Of a stretch of DNA of 36,256 bases, positions 35,614 through 36,256 are shown piece after piece. The position numbers and the translations under genes were made by a program. The stretch lies in assembly GCA_963736115.1 (NCBI GenBank), contig CAVTNR010000026.1:1-36256 (forward strand), given 5' to 3'. Each line of letters begins with the position of its first letter. Position 1 is the first letter of the stretch. The notes under the pieces are model-generated. The model was not told the origin of the DNA and searched no databases. It saw only the letters and a list, made by a program, of their open reading frames with translations. The stretch is from an uncultured bacterium (GTDB taxonomy: Bacteria; Zhuqueibacterota; QNDG01; DTFT01).

Positions 35614-35717
35614 GACAAAGTTCCTTTGGTGGTCGCCCCATCCGGTGAGTGTTCCGGTAGGCGGCGACTATTGCTAGTCTGTACGGGCAGACGAGGCGAC
35701 CAACGAAGGAACCTGTC
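35614..35717 (-). ncRNA. Candidate structured cis-regulatory leader RNA of the initiator gene
   Basis: Long closing stem GACAGGTTCCTTCGTTGGTCGCC / GGCGACCACCAAAGGAACTTTGTC enclosing GTCTG-CCCGTA-CAGAC, GACTA-GCAA-TAGTC and CCGG-AACACTCA-CCGG hairpins. Ends 1 nt before the ATG. Confidence 0.6.
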
Positions 35718-35868
35718 CGCACTACTATGCGTCCTCACAACGCCTGATAATTCTAACATCATTTATGGTGAATCGGTACGCATCCTACGACAAACGGAGA
35801 CTCAATATCAACACAATTTTGTAATTTTTCATGGCCAGAAAAAAGATGAAAAATTTTCCTGAAAACTG

Positions 35869-35897
35869 TTGATTTAATCTCTTTGATCAAATAGTAT
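35869..35897 (+). promoter_or_regulatory. Putative phage rightward promoter
   Basis: TTGATT, 17 bp, TAGTAT; GGAGG RBS before 35943. Confidence 0.55.
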
Positions 35898-35942
35898 CGG
35901 CATATCGGATGCGCACAGCATCTGTGTGATGGAGGGAAAACA

Positions 35943-36068
35943 ATGAACAACTACCGCGCCTACGAGATCCTTCAGATGAAGGCCAGGATTCTTCGTATCG
36001 CTGTTGGAGTTGCTGGTGGGTTCTCCCTTCTTGTTCTGATTCTTGGACTCTTAGGAAAACTGAAATGA
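35943..36068 (+). CDS. Small phage membrane protein (41 aa)
   Basis: Not in the ORF track. MNNYRAYEILQMKARILRIAVGVAGGFSLLVLILGLLGKLK, with GGAGG RBS, one TM helix and an ATGA overlap with the next gene. Confidence 0.65.
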   Translation: MNNYRAYEILQMKARILRIAVGVAGGFSLLVLILGLLGKLK

Positions 36069-36247
36069 CCATCGACCACTCCGACCCAAGCTTCAGGGAG
36101 CCAGAACTCTGCAAGACCTGTGGAGAGCACTACGCCTATAAGCGTGGCCAGTGCTACGAGTGCTACGAGGCCGACGAATGCGAACACGCCGACCAGCAGC
36201 GCAAAGAGCGGCAGATTGAAAAACACTTTGGAAAGGAAGAAGAATGA
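36065..36247 (+). CDS. Small phage protein with CxxC...CxxC (putative zinc finger)
   Basis: CKTC...CYEC; ATGA overlaps at both ends. Confidence 0.65.
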   Translation: MTIDHSDPSFREPELCKTCGEHYAYKRGQCYECYEADECEHADQQRKERQIEKHFGKEEE

Positions 36248-36256
36248 GCAACGCAC

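Larger units (their letters stand above)
33922..36256. mobile_element. Phage-derived segment (replication/early region)
   Basis: Visibly lower GC and different codon style; tightly overlapping genes (ATGA junctions); DUF1376, P-like and PAPS-reductase-like genes typical of proteobacterial tailed phages. Confidence 0.85.

Noticed and set aside
35613-35762. 50-aa N-terminal extension of the DUF1376 ORF
   Set aside because: The family domain starts at MKFYPHHIGD (35612); the upstream part is better explained as a structured leader.

Overview
The window has two unrelated parts. Bases 1 to ~33925 are GC-rich bacterial chromosome, probably from an FCB-group lineage such as KSB1 (inferred from QN[Y/F]PNPFN-type C-terminal sorting/FlgD-Ig tails). 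This part holds: (i) a minus-strand arabinoxylan/arabinan degradation locus (two GH43, a CE6-malectin-GH51 fusion, a type-B carboxylesterase, an uncharacterised alpha/alpha-barrel protein, and a GH54 with a lamin-tail domain and nested repeats); (ii) a lexA-imuB-dnaE2 SOS mutagenesis cassette without imuA, interrupted by a GIY-YIG gene bounded by 30-bp inverted REP-like repeats, with a candidate direct-repeat LexA operator; (iii) a multiheme c-type cytochrome with a secretion-sorting tail; (iv) a GH31, a secreted Ig-repeat protein, a DUF3616-like protein, an HEXXH lipoprotein, a beta-barrel protein, an RDD protein and a PP2C/SpoIIE phosphatase. At ~33925 the phosphatase is joined mid-gene to a truncated phage PAPS-reductase-like gene. 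A phage replication module follows (P-like and DUF1376/O-like genes with 11-bp iterons and a structured leader RNA covering the RBS). The join is probably an assembly chimera. Four +1 frameshifts at GGG runs look like sequencing errors. All product calls come from motif recognition by eye, not database searches.
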